A stretch of DNA of 64,000 bases from Octopus vulgaris. Taxonomy: Eukaryota. Below the pieces are notes generated by a model that was not told the origin of the DNA, did not search any database, and worked only from the letters and a program-made list of their open reading frames with translations. The stretch's first letter is position 1, and every line of letters starts with the position of its first letter. The position numbers were made by a program, and so were the translations under genes. The stretch is taken from positions 94,674,001 through 94,738,000 of the forward strand of contig OX597823.1 of assembly GCA_951406725.2 (NCBI GenBank). The letters run 5' to 3'. Shown here piece by piece: positions 25,338 to 37,930 of this stretch.

Positions 25338-28300
25338 ATTATCTCCAGTCTTCTTCCTGTTGCTGCCTCAGTGTCATCTGACTCAGTTTCTACAAGCTGA
25401 GATCAATTCTGATTAGTTACTAAGCTGACAATGTTTGGAGACTGATGCTGGTGGTGGTGGTAGTAGTGGTGTTGACGGCGGCAGCGGTTTGTCATAGCAT
25501 TAGTATGATCATTAGCTATGTGTATGTGTGCATGTATCTATATCTCATATCTACTTCCTTATAAGTGTGTGTGTGTGTGTTTGTCTGTGAGAGAGAGAGA
25601 GAGGGAGAAAGAAAGAGAGTTAGACTTAGTGAAAAGAAATAAGTATTGATAGTAAACAAAAGTCGTAAATAACAACAGCAGCAGAAGAAGAAGAAGAAGA
25701 AGAACGGTAAAAAAAAAAATATAAACAAATCCGACCACCTCCACCCATGTCCCAGACTTTTGACCTTGATGGAGGTGAGAGGTTCGGATGTTGTTAGACA
25801 CACTGCACAAAGCATTCCTGTCCATGTTTTTACTAGAAACACTTCCACAGTTACTAATGAAATACACACACAGTGTGTGTGTGTGTGTACGCCACTCCCA
25901 AAGTGTTTGGATGTTAAGTTTTACTTCTGTGAAAAAGTTTTTAAATTTCAGAGAAAAAGGCTTCGGCAGAGTTATTAAAGTAATGTGATTGTTTTTCAAA
26001 GTAGTGAATAGGTTAAAAGATGGAAAAGGGAAGTAGATGAGCTGCCGCCAGTGGATAAAACTTAGATGAGAGTGAAGTGGGGCAGAGAGAGAGAGAGAGA
26101 GTCGGTTGGTCGGTGGGTGTAAGAGGCTATGTGAGGTATGAATTAGTCAGGGGAAAAATTGGTTGATGTAATTGTGTGGTGGGGAAGAAGAGGTGGCTGC
26201 ATAGCCAGAGTTTACCGAACTTTTATTTACTTGTGTCTGTGTCTGGTAAACATTCCAAACAGTTTAATTCTATAAACTGATCCTTCAATAAAGCAGATAT
26301 AATGCCCTCTGCTTCCTAAAGTGTGAATACTTTGTCTTGTATTTAATAAGTACGCAAGGTGGTAGGTGTTTCACATAACTGAGGACAAAACAAGGAAAAA
26401 TTTAGAAATGAAACAAAAAACATAAAATCAGCATATTTTAGAAAAAAACACGTAACACACATCTTTAATTAGACTCCTACGAAACAGGCCATTCAAATAT
26501 ACAGGCCCAGGAGCATCCATGCTACCCTTTATATCCGTGAGCATCTCCCAACAAGTTTTTGGCACTCTGTGACTGCTAACAAAATCTCTCCCTCCTGTTC
26601 TGTCCCAACTACCCACCCACCCACCATGTTGCGGAGTTTCCGTATCAGGAGAGAGCTACAAAGCCACATATTGTTGCCAGTCACATGATAGTGTTTGTTG
26701 CCAGTCACATGATAATGTTTGTTGCGTGTCACATGATCATGCAGATCTGATTTTTTGCTGACTAGGAACTGCCCTTTCTTCATTACAAAACTTGATATTT
26801 TCATCTACCACATGTCTGTTAGTGGACTGTGCCACCCTGAGCTATTTGGGGGGTAAACCCCTATGATCCACTGGGGTTTGTCACTGATGACATCCTGGCC
26901 CTACATTATGAATTTGCCAGACCATTGACAATGTTACTCTTTATAAGATGCTGGGGAAAAACCGTCACTCGTGACTTCCATCTCTTGACTCTCAACACAC
27001 TGACAATCTCTGAGTCACCGTGACTGGCAGCCAGTCATAAGTACCTCATGACTTCCCATTTGCAATGTCTCATTGGACTCTGCCATGTTGGTGCTGCCCA
27101 TCGCTCTGTGTCTATGTTTGTATACTTGTGTGTGTGTGTGTCCCTCTCCCCTCACTTTCTCCCCCCACCCACCCATATACACCTATTCACAAAACCCATT
27201 CATGTCTCTCTTTCTTGCTCTATATACACATTTACATACCATCTATCACTTCAATATGAATACATCATTCAAAATATTGCCAAAATACCGTCTGGCTTTA
27301 CCTGGGATTTTAATAAAGTACCTGTAACTTCATGGGGGTATCGACCAACATCCATCCATATCCTCTGAAAAAAGATGAGTTGTGAACATTATTCTCCTGC
27401 TTGTATTCTACCTTTACTCTTTATTCTTTTATTTTATTCCTTGCAAACTGTAAATTTTCCCTGTCTAAAATAGTCATACCTTGTCTCTGATGATGGAATA
27501 CCCAGTGCGCTAACCTACCATTTGGGTTGGTGGCACATAAAAAGCACCATCCGATCATGGTTGATGCCAGCTCGTCCGGCCCCTGTGCCAGTGGCACGTA
27601 AAAAGCACCCACTACACTCTCAGAGTGGTTGGCGTTAGAAACGGCATCCAGCTGTAGAAACACTCCCAGATCAGACTGGGGCCGGTGCAGCATTCTGGCT
27701 TCCCAGATCCAAGTTTTGTAATGAAGAAAGGGCAGTTCCTAGTCAGCAAAAATCAGATCTGCATGATCATGTGACACGCAACAAACATTATCATGTGACT
27801 GGCAACAATATGTGGCTTTGTAGCTCTCTCCTGTCCAAACCCATGCCAGCATGGAAAACGGACGTTAAACAATGATGATGATGATGGTGTGTGTGTGTAA
27901 ATATATATATATATATATAGTCATCACTATCGTCATCTTTAATGCCCATTTTTCCCTGCTTGGATGGGTCAGACAGAAGTCATTGAAGTAGATTTGCTAC
28001 AGCCAGATACCCTTCCTGTTGCCAGCCCTCACCTGTTTCCAAGCAAGGTAATATTCCCCCCACCCATACATTTTCCAGAGAAGACTAGAAACAAACATCA
28101 ATTGTGTGACTGACACTTGTCTATGACCATCATGTGATGTCAAGGAGAAGCTACACACACACACACACACATACACATTTACATATGTATCTATACAGTG
28201 GGCTTCTTTCAGTTTCCGTCTACCAAATCCACTCACAAAGCTTTGATCAACCCAGGGCTGTAGTAGTAGGCATTTGCCCGAGGTGCCATGCACTGGGTTT

Positions 28301-28384
28301 GAACCCATGGCTACATGTTTGGGAAGCAGGCTTCTTAACCACACATCAACATCTACACCTATGTCTGTAGGTATGTGTGCATGC

Positions 28385-28426
<42 letters not shown>

Positions 28427-28828
28427 AGCAATGGCCCAGTGGTTAGGGCAGTGGACTTACGGTTGTGGGATCGTGATTTCGATTCCCAGACCGGGTGTTG
28501 TGAGTATTTATTGAGCGAAAACACTAAAAGCTCCACGCGGCCCCAGCTAGGGGTGGTGGCAAACCCTGCTGTACCCTTTCACCACACCTTTCTCTCCTTC
28601 TTCCTGTTTCTGTTGTACCTGTATTTCAAAGGGGCCAGTCTTGTCACACTCTGTGTCACACTGAATCTCTCCGAGAACTATGTTAAGGGTACACGTGTCT
28701 GTGGAGTGCTCAGCCACTTGAACATTAATTTCACGAGCAGGCTGTTCTATTGATCGACTCAACTGGAACCCTCATCGTCACATCTGACGGAGTGCCACGA
28801 TATATGTATACCTGTATATACATATATG

Positions 28829-28867
<39 letters not shown>

Positions 28868-30866
28868 TTATATATACACACACACACGCACATTTGATGA
28901 GGTTGAGTATATTGTGGCATTTTGTTATTTTTACATTCTGCATTTAAATCTTGTTACCTTTTTATATTTTGGTGGGAGAGGGCTATGAAATATTTATTGA
29001 TATAGGCACAGACATGGCTGTGTGGTAAGAAGCTTGCTTCCCAACCACTTGGTTCCAGGTTCAGTCCCACTGCATGACATCTTGAGCAAGTGTCTTCTAC
29101 TATGTCCTGGGATTTAGTGAGCAGATTTGGTAGGCAGAAACTGAAAGAAGCCCATTGTATGTGTATATATGTCTGTCTGTGTTTGTCCCTCCAGCACCAC
29201 TTGACAACTGGTGCTGGTTTATTTACATCCCCATAACTTAGTAGTTCAGCAAATAACCAATTGAATAAGCACCAGGTTTTAGAAAAGCAAGGAAAAGTAG
29301 TGGGGTTGATTCATTCGACTAAAAATTCTTCGAGGCAGTGCCCCAGCTTGGCCACAGTCTGATGACAAACAAGTAAAAGATTAACCTCCAGGGTCTGTTT
29401 AATAGATTGCACCATTTCCCAAAATCTTCGACTGCTCCTAGTGAGAGGAAGCAGCACTAATGGGGAATTTCACATTTTGTTGTTCTGTAAAAGGTAAAAA
29501 AAAAAGAGGGACCTTTTGATTATAAATAATAATAATAATGAAATTATTGTATACAGTGCTCAGGTGCACCACAACTTGTCAGAAAGTGCATATAAAGTAC
29601 ATGCAGTAATGTAAAAATGTCTGGAAAGCGAACAATGTATGAGTCAGATACATGCCTGTGTGCGTATGGAGGGGAGAAAATCGGGTGTAGTGTTGATCAG
29701 GTGTAGTAAATGATCCCTTAGAAGAAAGGAGTTCCCAGTGATAATTGAGAGTACCTGAAACTATGAGCCAAAAAAGTGTAGTTTTGTCCAAGAAATGGCC
29801 CCACTTCAAATGTTAACATGAAATACAGGGTGTCTCTGATCCCATGACATTATGGTTTTAGTTGAATATTATTATTATTATCAGGATTGCCAAATGGAAA
29901 AAAAAAAGGAAAAACCATCCATACTCTTGTGTTGTTTGGTTCTCCAAAGTTAGGTAACATCAAACCTTTTATCTTTTGCTTAGTTATTGGACCATGGCCA
30001 TGCTGGGGAGCTACCTTAGGGGGTTTAGTCAAATCAATCTCAGGATGCTTCCTGACTGGCTCCCGTGCCAGTGGCATGTAAAAGGCACCATTCCAGCGTA
30101 GTCATTGCCAGTGCTGCCTGATTGGCCCCTGTGCCAGTGGCACATAAAAAGCACCCACTACACTCTGAGTGGTTGGTGTTAGGAAGGGCATTGCCAGATC
30201 AGATTGGAGCCTGGTGCAGCCTCCTGGTTTGCCAGTCCTCAGTCAAACCATCCAACCCATGCCAGCATGGGAAAAATGGTGATGATGATCATGATACTTA
30301 CCCTATCAGTTGTTTGCTGAAGCACTAAATTATGGGGATGTAAACAAACTAACACCAGTTGTTAAGTGGCAATAGGGGACAAACACAGATGCAAAACACA
30401 CACACATATATATATATAACAGACTTCTTTCAGATTCTGTCTACCAAATCCATTCACAAGGCTTTGGTGAGCTCAATGTTATAGTAAAAGACACCTGCCC
30501 AAGGTACCACACAGTGGGACTGAACCCAGAAACATGTGGTTGGGAAGCAAGCTTCTTACCACACGGAAGTCTAATGACTGAAACAAGTAAAGGATAAAAG
30601 ATTTTTTTTTTAAAGTCATTAGATTTGACAGTAATTTGAATGCTGAAGGGTTAAACCAGTTTATCCAGTCCAAATATTCCACCTGTTTTATGATCACACC
30701 AGCCAGATCCAGCCCCTCGCACCTACCCTACAATGTCATTCTAAAAATAAACCTCAGAGCCATGAAATAATTCATGATTAATTCAAAATAATGAGAATAA
30801 AAAAAGCATGACATTTGACCGATTTTTTTTTATTTTTTCCTAATTTTTCTTAATCTTTCGCTGCAG

Positions 30867-30991
30867 ATTGTTGTTCCAGCTCTCCCCAGAAAAGCATGGG
30901 AAAGGCAGTTACCATTCCGTGCAGATGATGGTATTTTTGAATCGGATTTTATTGAAGAAAGAAGAGAAGGCCTAGAATCATTCATAAACAA
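30867..30991 (+). CDS. SNX3: Sorting nexin 3/12, next coding exon
   Basis: ctgcag|ATT...AA|gtaaga; 125 nt, phase 0/2; IVVPALPRKAWERQLPFRADDGIFESDFIEERREGLESFIN(K), in frame with the previous exon. Confidence 0.96.
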
Positions 30992-33836
30992 GTAAGAATA
31001 TTCATCTCTTTTTTTTTTTTTTTTCTTTTTTTTTTCTTTAGTTGTATGCCACATTTAAGTTATATCCAGCATATTGTCAACATTATTTTCTGTGGCCTTG
31101 CCCATATTTTCCTGTCATCGTGAATTAGTTGAACCTGCAATAATATTATCTCGTGCCTTTTATCAGCATCTGTTTTCACCATCACTGCTTTAACATCCAC
31201 TTTTCCTTGCATGCATGGGTCAGATGGAAATCATATTGATGTAGATTTTCTACAGTTGAATGCCCTTCCCATTGGCATCCCTTACCTCTTCGCAAGAAAA
31301 TATTTTCCCCTGGCCAGACATGTTCTTGTAGAATATTGAAATGGAATGATGATTCTGCTTATATGACAGTGGCAACAATTTACAACTATATATTATATTA
31401 TGTGTGTGTGTGTGTATAAATCCAAAAAACAAAGAACAAACACAAAAACACAACAACGTGAGGATGTGGTACATGTAAAGTGTTAGCAGACATTCAAGGA
31501 AGGAAAGAAAGGTGGTTTTACATTTCGAGCAAAGCTCTTCTTCAGAAATAGGAGACAGAGGAAAGTCTAAGAGAGAAGGAAGACAGAGGGAAAAAAATTG
31601 CCAACTATTCACATGTAGTTACATTTTGAAATGACCAGAAGGAAATATCATCATCATCGTTTAACGTCTGCTTTCCATGCTGGCATGGGTTGGACGGTTT
31701 GACTGAGGACTGGTGAGCCAGAGGCTGCACCAGGCTCCAATCTGATCTGGCAAAGTTTCTATAGCTGGATGCCCTTCTTAATGCTAACCACTCCGAGAGT
31801 GTAGTGGGTGCTTTTACGTGCCACCAGCACGGGAGCCAATCCATGGCCCTGGCAACAATCACGTTCAAATGTGCTTTTAACGTTCCACTGGCACGAGTGC
31901 CAATCAGGCAGTACTGTCATCGGCCACGTCAGTGATTTGATATATATATATAATTTCCTTCTCGAGGCATGCCAGGTTCATGAGGGTCAGTTTCCTGGCT
32001 TCAGTGTCGTATAAATTCCCCCACCTGGATGGGACACCAGTCCAGTCACAGGATGACTCACTTTTGCATGCTGAATGGACTGGAGCAACATAAAATGAAG
32101 TATTTTGCTCAAGAACACAACACATCACCCAGTCCAGGAATTGAAACCGCGATCTTATGATCAGGAATCCAACACCTTAACCACTAAGCCACATGCCTCC
32201 ACCTCATCATCATCATTTAACGTCCATTGTCCATACTGGCATGGGTTGGATGGTTTGACTGGGTTGGCATGCTGAAAGGCTACGCCAGGATCCAGTGAAT
32301 TTGGCATGGTTTTCTACGGCTGGATACCCTTTCTAATGCCAACCACTTTGAGAGTGTAATGGGTGCTTTTACATACCACCAGCGCGAGTGCCATTTGCGT
32401 GACACTGGTATCTGCTACAAGTGCGATTTTGCTCCGTTTGATGGATCTTCTTCTCAAGCACGACATAATGCCAAAGGTCTCGGTCATTGCCTCTGTAAGG
32501 CCCATCCCATGGCACGTAAATAGCACCCACTACACCCTCAGAATGGTTGGCATTAGGAAGGGCATCCAGCTGTAGAAGACACCTTCCCAGTCCTCAGTCA
32601 AACCATCCCACCCATGCTTGCATGGAAGGTGGATGTTAAACAATGATGATGATATAAATATTATTTGCATGAGTGTCAATCTGACCCATGCAAGCATGGA
32701 AAAGTGGACATTAAATTATGATGATAATGGTGATTATAGAAAGAGCTTTTGGCCTGTCTGTTTCCATGTGCAAACACCATGATAGTCTTTTATAACCCAC
32801 AAATCTTTTAAAAAACTGGAATAAGTCTTTTATAGACGGTTTGGAGACTGTTTGTGTACCACTACTTTAGTAATGGTTTTTATTTTATATGTTTCCTATT
32901 TGGAAATAGATAATAAATATATTTTGCTTTTGAAGTAGGAATCTATATTGATAAACCCGTCACTTATAACTTATAAGTGTTATCATTATATGTAAATCCT
33001 GACTTCAGCTACATAAATGCTATAGTGAGAAATATATACTCTGAAATGCTAACGGACATTTTATGCGTGCATGTATGTTGAAGATATATTAAAATTGTAT
33101 TCTTTTAACCACTATAAAAAAAATACACGGTTTCATAATTGCAGAAATAAATTTCATTAACAAGTGGAAGAACGTGAAGAAAGAGAAAATAATTACTACA
33201 TTAGTTTATTTATGTACATTTAGCATTTGTAGTACAATTGGAAAATAAAGTCATTTTGTCGTAGAGAATTATGACTTAAAATTCACACTAGCTAATCTTT
33301 CATACTAACTATTATAGATCTCAACAATTCAAATAAGTCTTGTTGAATTTTTATCATAGACATGGCATAAAAAATAGCCAATATCTCAAGGAGTGAGTGT
33401 CGTAGAGTTTAGTAACATCCAACAATCACTATTCTGAGTGTCGTGGAGTTTAGTAACATCCTATGATCACTGAGTATTTTCCTAAAAATCTGGATTTTTA
33501 TAACTGCTCATATCTGTTGTATAGCCAGCTGGAGATGATGTCTCCTGGGGCTAAATTACAGCAACATTTGTCCTAAAGTTTACAATTCATATATGGGCAG
33601 TAATTTTAACCAATGGGATTACCAACAATCATGCTTGTTCAGGCAAACGACCATTACATCATATTGCCGCCTTTTATGACTTGCTACAAGTCTAAAAATA
33701 TTTTCATTAAAGGTAAACTAAAGTTTGATTCACTCAATTTTCTTTCTAATGTCATTTCTGTTGTTTCTTGATATCAAAACTGATTTACATTCGTAATTTT
33801 TTAATAATAATAATTTTTTTCTTTTGTCTCTTCCAG

Positions 33837-33942
33837 GGTTGCTGGTCATCCATTAGCACAAAATGAACGTAGCTTGCATATGTTCTTGCAAGAGCCAGCC
33901 ATTGACAAAAATTATGTTCCAGGAAAAATTCGAACAACATGA
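33837..33942 (+). CDS. SNX3: Sorting nexin 3/12, last coding exon to TGA
   Basis: Long pyrimidine tract, then ttccag|G; completes the AAG codon, then VAGHPLAQNERSLHMFLQEPAIDKNYVPGKIRTT*, the typical SNX3/12 C-terminus. Confidence 0.96.
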
Positions 33943-34093
33943 AAAATTTAAAATTAAGACACTATATTTTACTGTGACCCAGAAGTTTTTTTCTTTTTCT
34001 TTTTTTTTTCATTCTTTCTTCCTCTCTTTTTTTTTTTTTTCCAAGACGCATCTTCTGTGGCATCAGATCACTAAAGTTGGATAAGTGGGAATT

Positions 34094-34157
<64 letters not shown>

Positions 34158-34342
34158 ATCTTCCTCTCTCTCATTCTCTCTTTCCCTTCCTCTTCTCGTT
34201 ATCAGGATGCAATGCCAGTTACTTTTATCACACTCACAGATGTTGCTCTTCATTTTAGTTGTGAAAGTTTTGCCAACATATTTACAAACTTTATAACTTT
34301 CTGAAGCATTCAGAATTATTAACTGAAAATACTTTATTATTA

Positions 34343-34380
<38 letters not shown>

Positions 34381-34659
34381 TGGTTCTCTTGCTGGACTGG
34401 AATATATCCATAACTCCTAACCTTAAACTTTCCCCTTTCAATCTATTCTCACTTGATTTCTTTTCTCTCATAATTTTCTTTTAGTAATTGTATGACAGCA
34501 GTTATACGTATATATATACATACATATATATATATATATACACAGATACATATATATATATATATATACCAGCTGCTGGGCCACTTTTGATTAATGCTTC
34601 GTACTGTTCCCTCAATTTAACAATAATATGATTTTTTTAAATGGAGATTATTAAAAAAA

Positions 34660-34665
34660 AATAAA
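34660..34665 (+). terminator. Candidate proximal polyadenylation signal of SNX3
   Basis: First AATAAA I could find after the stop, with U-rich sequence downstream; it lies in an A-run, so it could be chance. Confidence 0.3.
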
Positions 34666-35344
34666 AATTTAGTTATTTACAAAAAAAAATACATTGTTTA
34701 CATTGACTTATTGTGCTAAATCATCATCATCATCATCATCATTACTGTTGTTTGTGATTTATTCTTCAATTTGTCCAATTATAATATTTTAATTTCTTTA
34801 ATTATAAAATCCAGTTTACTGTTTTGTAAAATTGTTTCCAGCCTATTTGCTTTCCTGTTTAACGACAAGATAAATTTTAGTTTCTTTGTTTTAATTTACT
34901 CCAGAAATGCTAAATTTGTTTAAGGCGGAAGTATGACTGTGTGGTAAGAAGTTTACTTCCAAACCATGCAATTCTAGGTTCAATCCAACCGTGTGGCACC
35001 TTGGACAAATGTCTTCTACTATAGCCTTGGGATGACCAAAGCCTTGTGAGTGGATTTGGTAGACAGAAACTGAAAGAAGCCTGTCTGTATATTTGTGTGT
35101 GCGTGTGTGTGTCTTTGTGCCTGTATTTGTCTCCCATCACTGCTTCGCAATTAATGTTGGTGCATTCATGTCCCTGTAACTTAGCGGTTCAGCAAATGAG
35201 ACTGATAGAATAACTATCAGGCTTAAAAAAGAACAATAAATACTGGGGTTCATACGTTTGACTAAAAATTCTTCAAGGCATTGCCCCAGCATGGCCGCAG
35301 TCTAATGACTAAAACGGGTAAAAGATATATATATATATCTATAT

Positions 35345-35752
35345 ACAACTTATAAACAAGGGCAAAAGAAAAAAATTTGCAATGCCAAATATGCCAAAAA
35401 TAGACACATCGTCAATAACCATATAATTCATCACTTTGCTGGAGAATTTCTATTTTGGATATATTTGGGGTACTTAGGTCTGCTCATGACTTAGTGTTTG
35501 CTTCTTCCATGGGTATAAGTAAGTATTTCATTTATTTCTTTGCCGCATTTATCACTGACGAAGAGAAGGTTCTTATGAATTAACTCTGAAATCAGGTCCG
35601 ATATGATAATAACGGAATTTTTTAGAAATTTCTGTCGGCTTTCTTCGAGATGTGTACTTATTGTGACGAATTATATGGTTATTGACGATGTGTCTATTTT
35701 CGGCATATTTGGCATTAGAAATTTTTTTCTTTTGCCCTTGTTTATAAGTTGT
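35345..35752 (+). mobile_element. Fold-back Penelope-like element in (TA)n with a central hammerhead-like motif
   Basis: 90-bp inverted arms 35345-35434 / 35663-35752; CTGACGA-AGAG..CTCT-GAAA-TCAG-GTC at 35555-35598. Confidence 0.7.
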
Positions 35753-36096
35753 TTATAAATTTAACCTTTAAAGGTATTTTTTAATATGCGGGCCATTGAT
35801 AGAATTCTTTTTGAAAAATTTTATCCTATATTAGATATATATATATATATATAAATATAATGTTTGCGTGAGCATGTATAGATATATATGTAGTTATTTG
35901 TTCATTTTACACCAGTTTTGCATTGTTCTGTGATTTAATCAAATATATTCTTGATGCCTTGTTTTACTGCCAGATGCCCTTCCTGTCACTAACGCATACT
36001 TCTTTCTCAAGTAAGGGTTCTCTTATTTTGCACATCTTTGTTGACAGGAAAAATGGCATTAGCAATAGCACTGCTTGTGGCCTGCATACATTGCAA

Positions 36097-36132
<36 letters not shown>

Positions 36133-36588
36133 GACAGGCTTCATTTAGTTGCTATCAAATTCACTTGAAATGATTTGATCTGACTAAAACTATGGTAAAC
36201 CCAAAACTGTGTGGTTTGGATGTTGGATCTCTTAACCTTTTCCATATTACTAAAAGATTTGGCCAAGGTGGACAGCGGGGACGAATCCAGCTTAGTTAAA
36301 CCAATGGTGGCACAATGGTGCTTCATCCAATTGTGGATTGTCAACATCAGAATGAAAATAGAAGACATAAATGATTTTTTTTTTTTTTTTCGTTTTTGGA
36401 TTTGGATTTTATAAGGAAAATAAAAGTAAGAAAAAAAGTGGAAATTTTACCGGTGAGTGTGTTACATTATAAGGCACAAAAAGAAAATGACTCTCCCCAG
36501 ACACAACAGAATAAATGATTATTATTGCACAGAAAAACGACACTGATAATTAATAGAGCGCTAAAAGTTTATCAAAACTGTAATTGTA

Positions 36589-36953
36589 TTGGAGTAAAGA
36601 TTGTTTGCCAACATAACATGGCAGTCCTGGTTTAGGACGAATGTTGCTGGAATTTAGCCCCAAGAGACATCGTTTCCAGCTGGCTATACGACATGATCTG
36701 AGTCCTTATATTTTCAAACAAGTGAATGCACAGATATTGTTTTGAGCTGAGTGTGGGTGCTAGATTCCCTTGTTCCAAAAATATAAGGACACAGATCATA
36801 TCGTATAGCCAGTTGGAGACGATGTCTCCTGGGGCTAAATTACAGCAACATTCATCCTAAACCAGGACTTCCATGTTGTGTTGGCAAACAATCTTTACTC
36901 CAAAGTACTGTTGCTGAATATCTCTCGTTGTGAGATTTAAAAATAGTAATTTT
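36589..36953. mobile_element. Fold-back element (arms ~36589-36714 / 36777-36903); same family at 57789-58144, fragment at 33519-33577
   Basis: ~125-bp near-perfect inverted arms; the 57.8-kb copy retains a hammerhead-like motif. Confidence 0.8.
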
Positions 36954-37604
36954 CTAAGTAATTGTATTATTATTATTCCTCTGAGATCAACTTTGCTTTG
37001 CATCCTTTCAGGGGTCAATAATTTAAGTACCATTTGCATACTGGGGTCAATCTAATTGACTGGCTCCCTTCCCCCAAATTTTGGGCCTTGTGCCTGGAGT
37101 GGAAAAGAATTGTATTATTATTATTAGTAGTATTAAGGTAGTGATTTGGTTTAATAATTAATTTGCCAGGCAAAATGTTTCAAAGCATTTCTTTCATTTT
37201 TATGCTCTGCTGAGTTCAAATGCTGATGGGGTTGATAAAATAAGAACTAGTCAAGCATGGCGATTGATTTAATCAACTTGGCCCCTCTCCCCCAAATTGC
37301 TGGCCTTGTGCCAGAATTTGAAACTATTATGATTATTCATCATCATCATCATTATTATTATTATTGGTTTATTATGGTTGTGAGCTGGCAGAGTCGTCAG
37401 CACACTGGAAAAAATGCTTAGAAGCATTTCATCTGTCTTTACATTCTGAGTTCAAATCCTGCGATGGTCGACTTTGTCTTTTGTCCTTTTAGGGTTGATA
37501 AATTAAGTACCAGTTATACACTAGTCAGTGTAATTGATTTCTCCCTCCCCTATCAAATTTGCTGGCCTTGTGCCAAAATTTGGAACTTATTATTAGATGC
37601 TGAC

Positions 37605-37930
37605 CATTTGATTGGACGAGAAACCTATCACAAATATTGATGAATTTAACTCAATAGGCACCAAAATAACAATGGATGGAGACTGCATTCATTCATGAAA
37701 TAAATACAAGAATCAGCAAAGCCAATCAATCATTTGTTATGTTAAACTCAATATGGAAATCATCAATTCTCAACAAGAGCATCAAAATATGGTTCTACAA
37801 AAACAATATACACACTACCTTCCTCTATGGAGCCAAATATTGCAAAAGTAAAGAAAAGAAATTGGAGAGGTTTCAAAATAAATTTCTATGAAACATTTTG
37901 AAGGTCTACTGGCTGAATATAGTCTCGACC
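37605..37930 (+). pseudogene. RTE-like LINE ORF2 fragment
   Basis: EINTRISKANQSFVMLNSIWKS...TTFLYGA...KKLERFQNKFL..ILKVYW, the typical post-RT region of RTE elements, with frameshifts. Confidence 0.75.

Noticed and set aside
27997-28753. Longest supplied ORFs (179 and 159 aa)
   Set aside because: They run through adjacent SINEs and a (TG)n tract; the same peptide fragments recur in many other repeat-derived ORFs.
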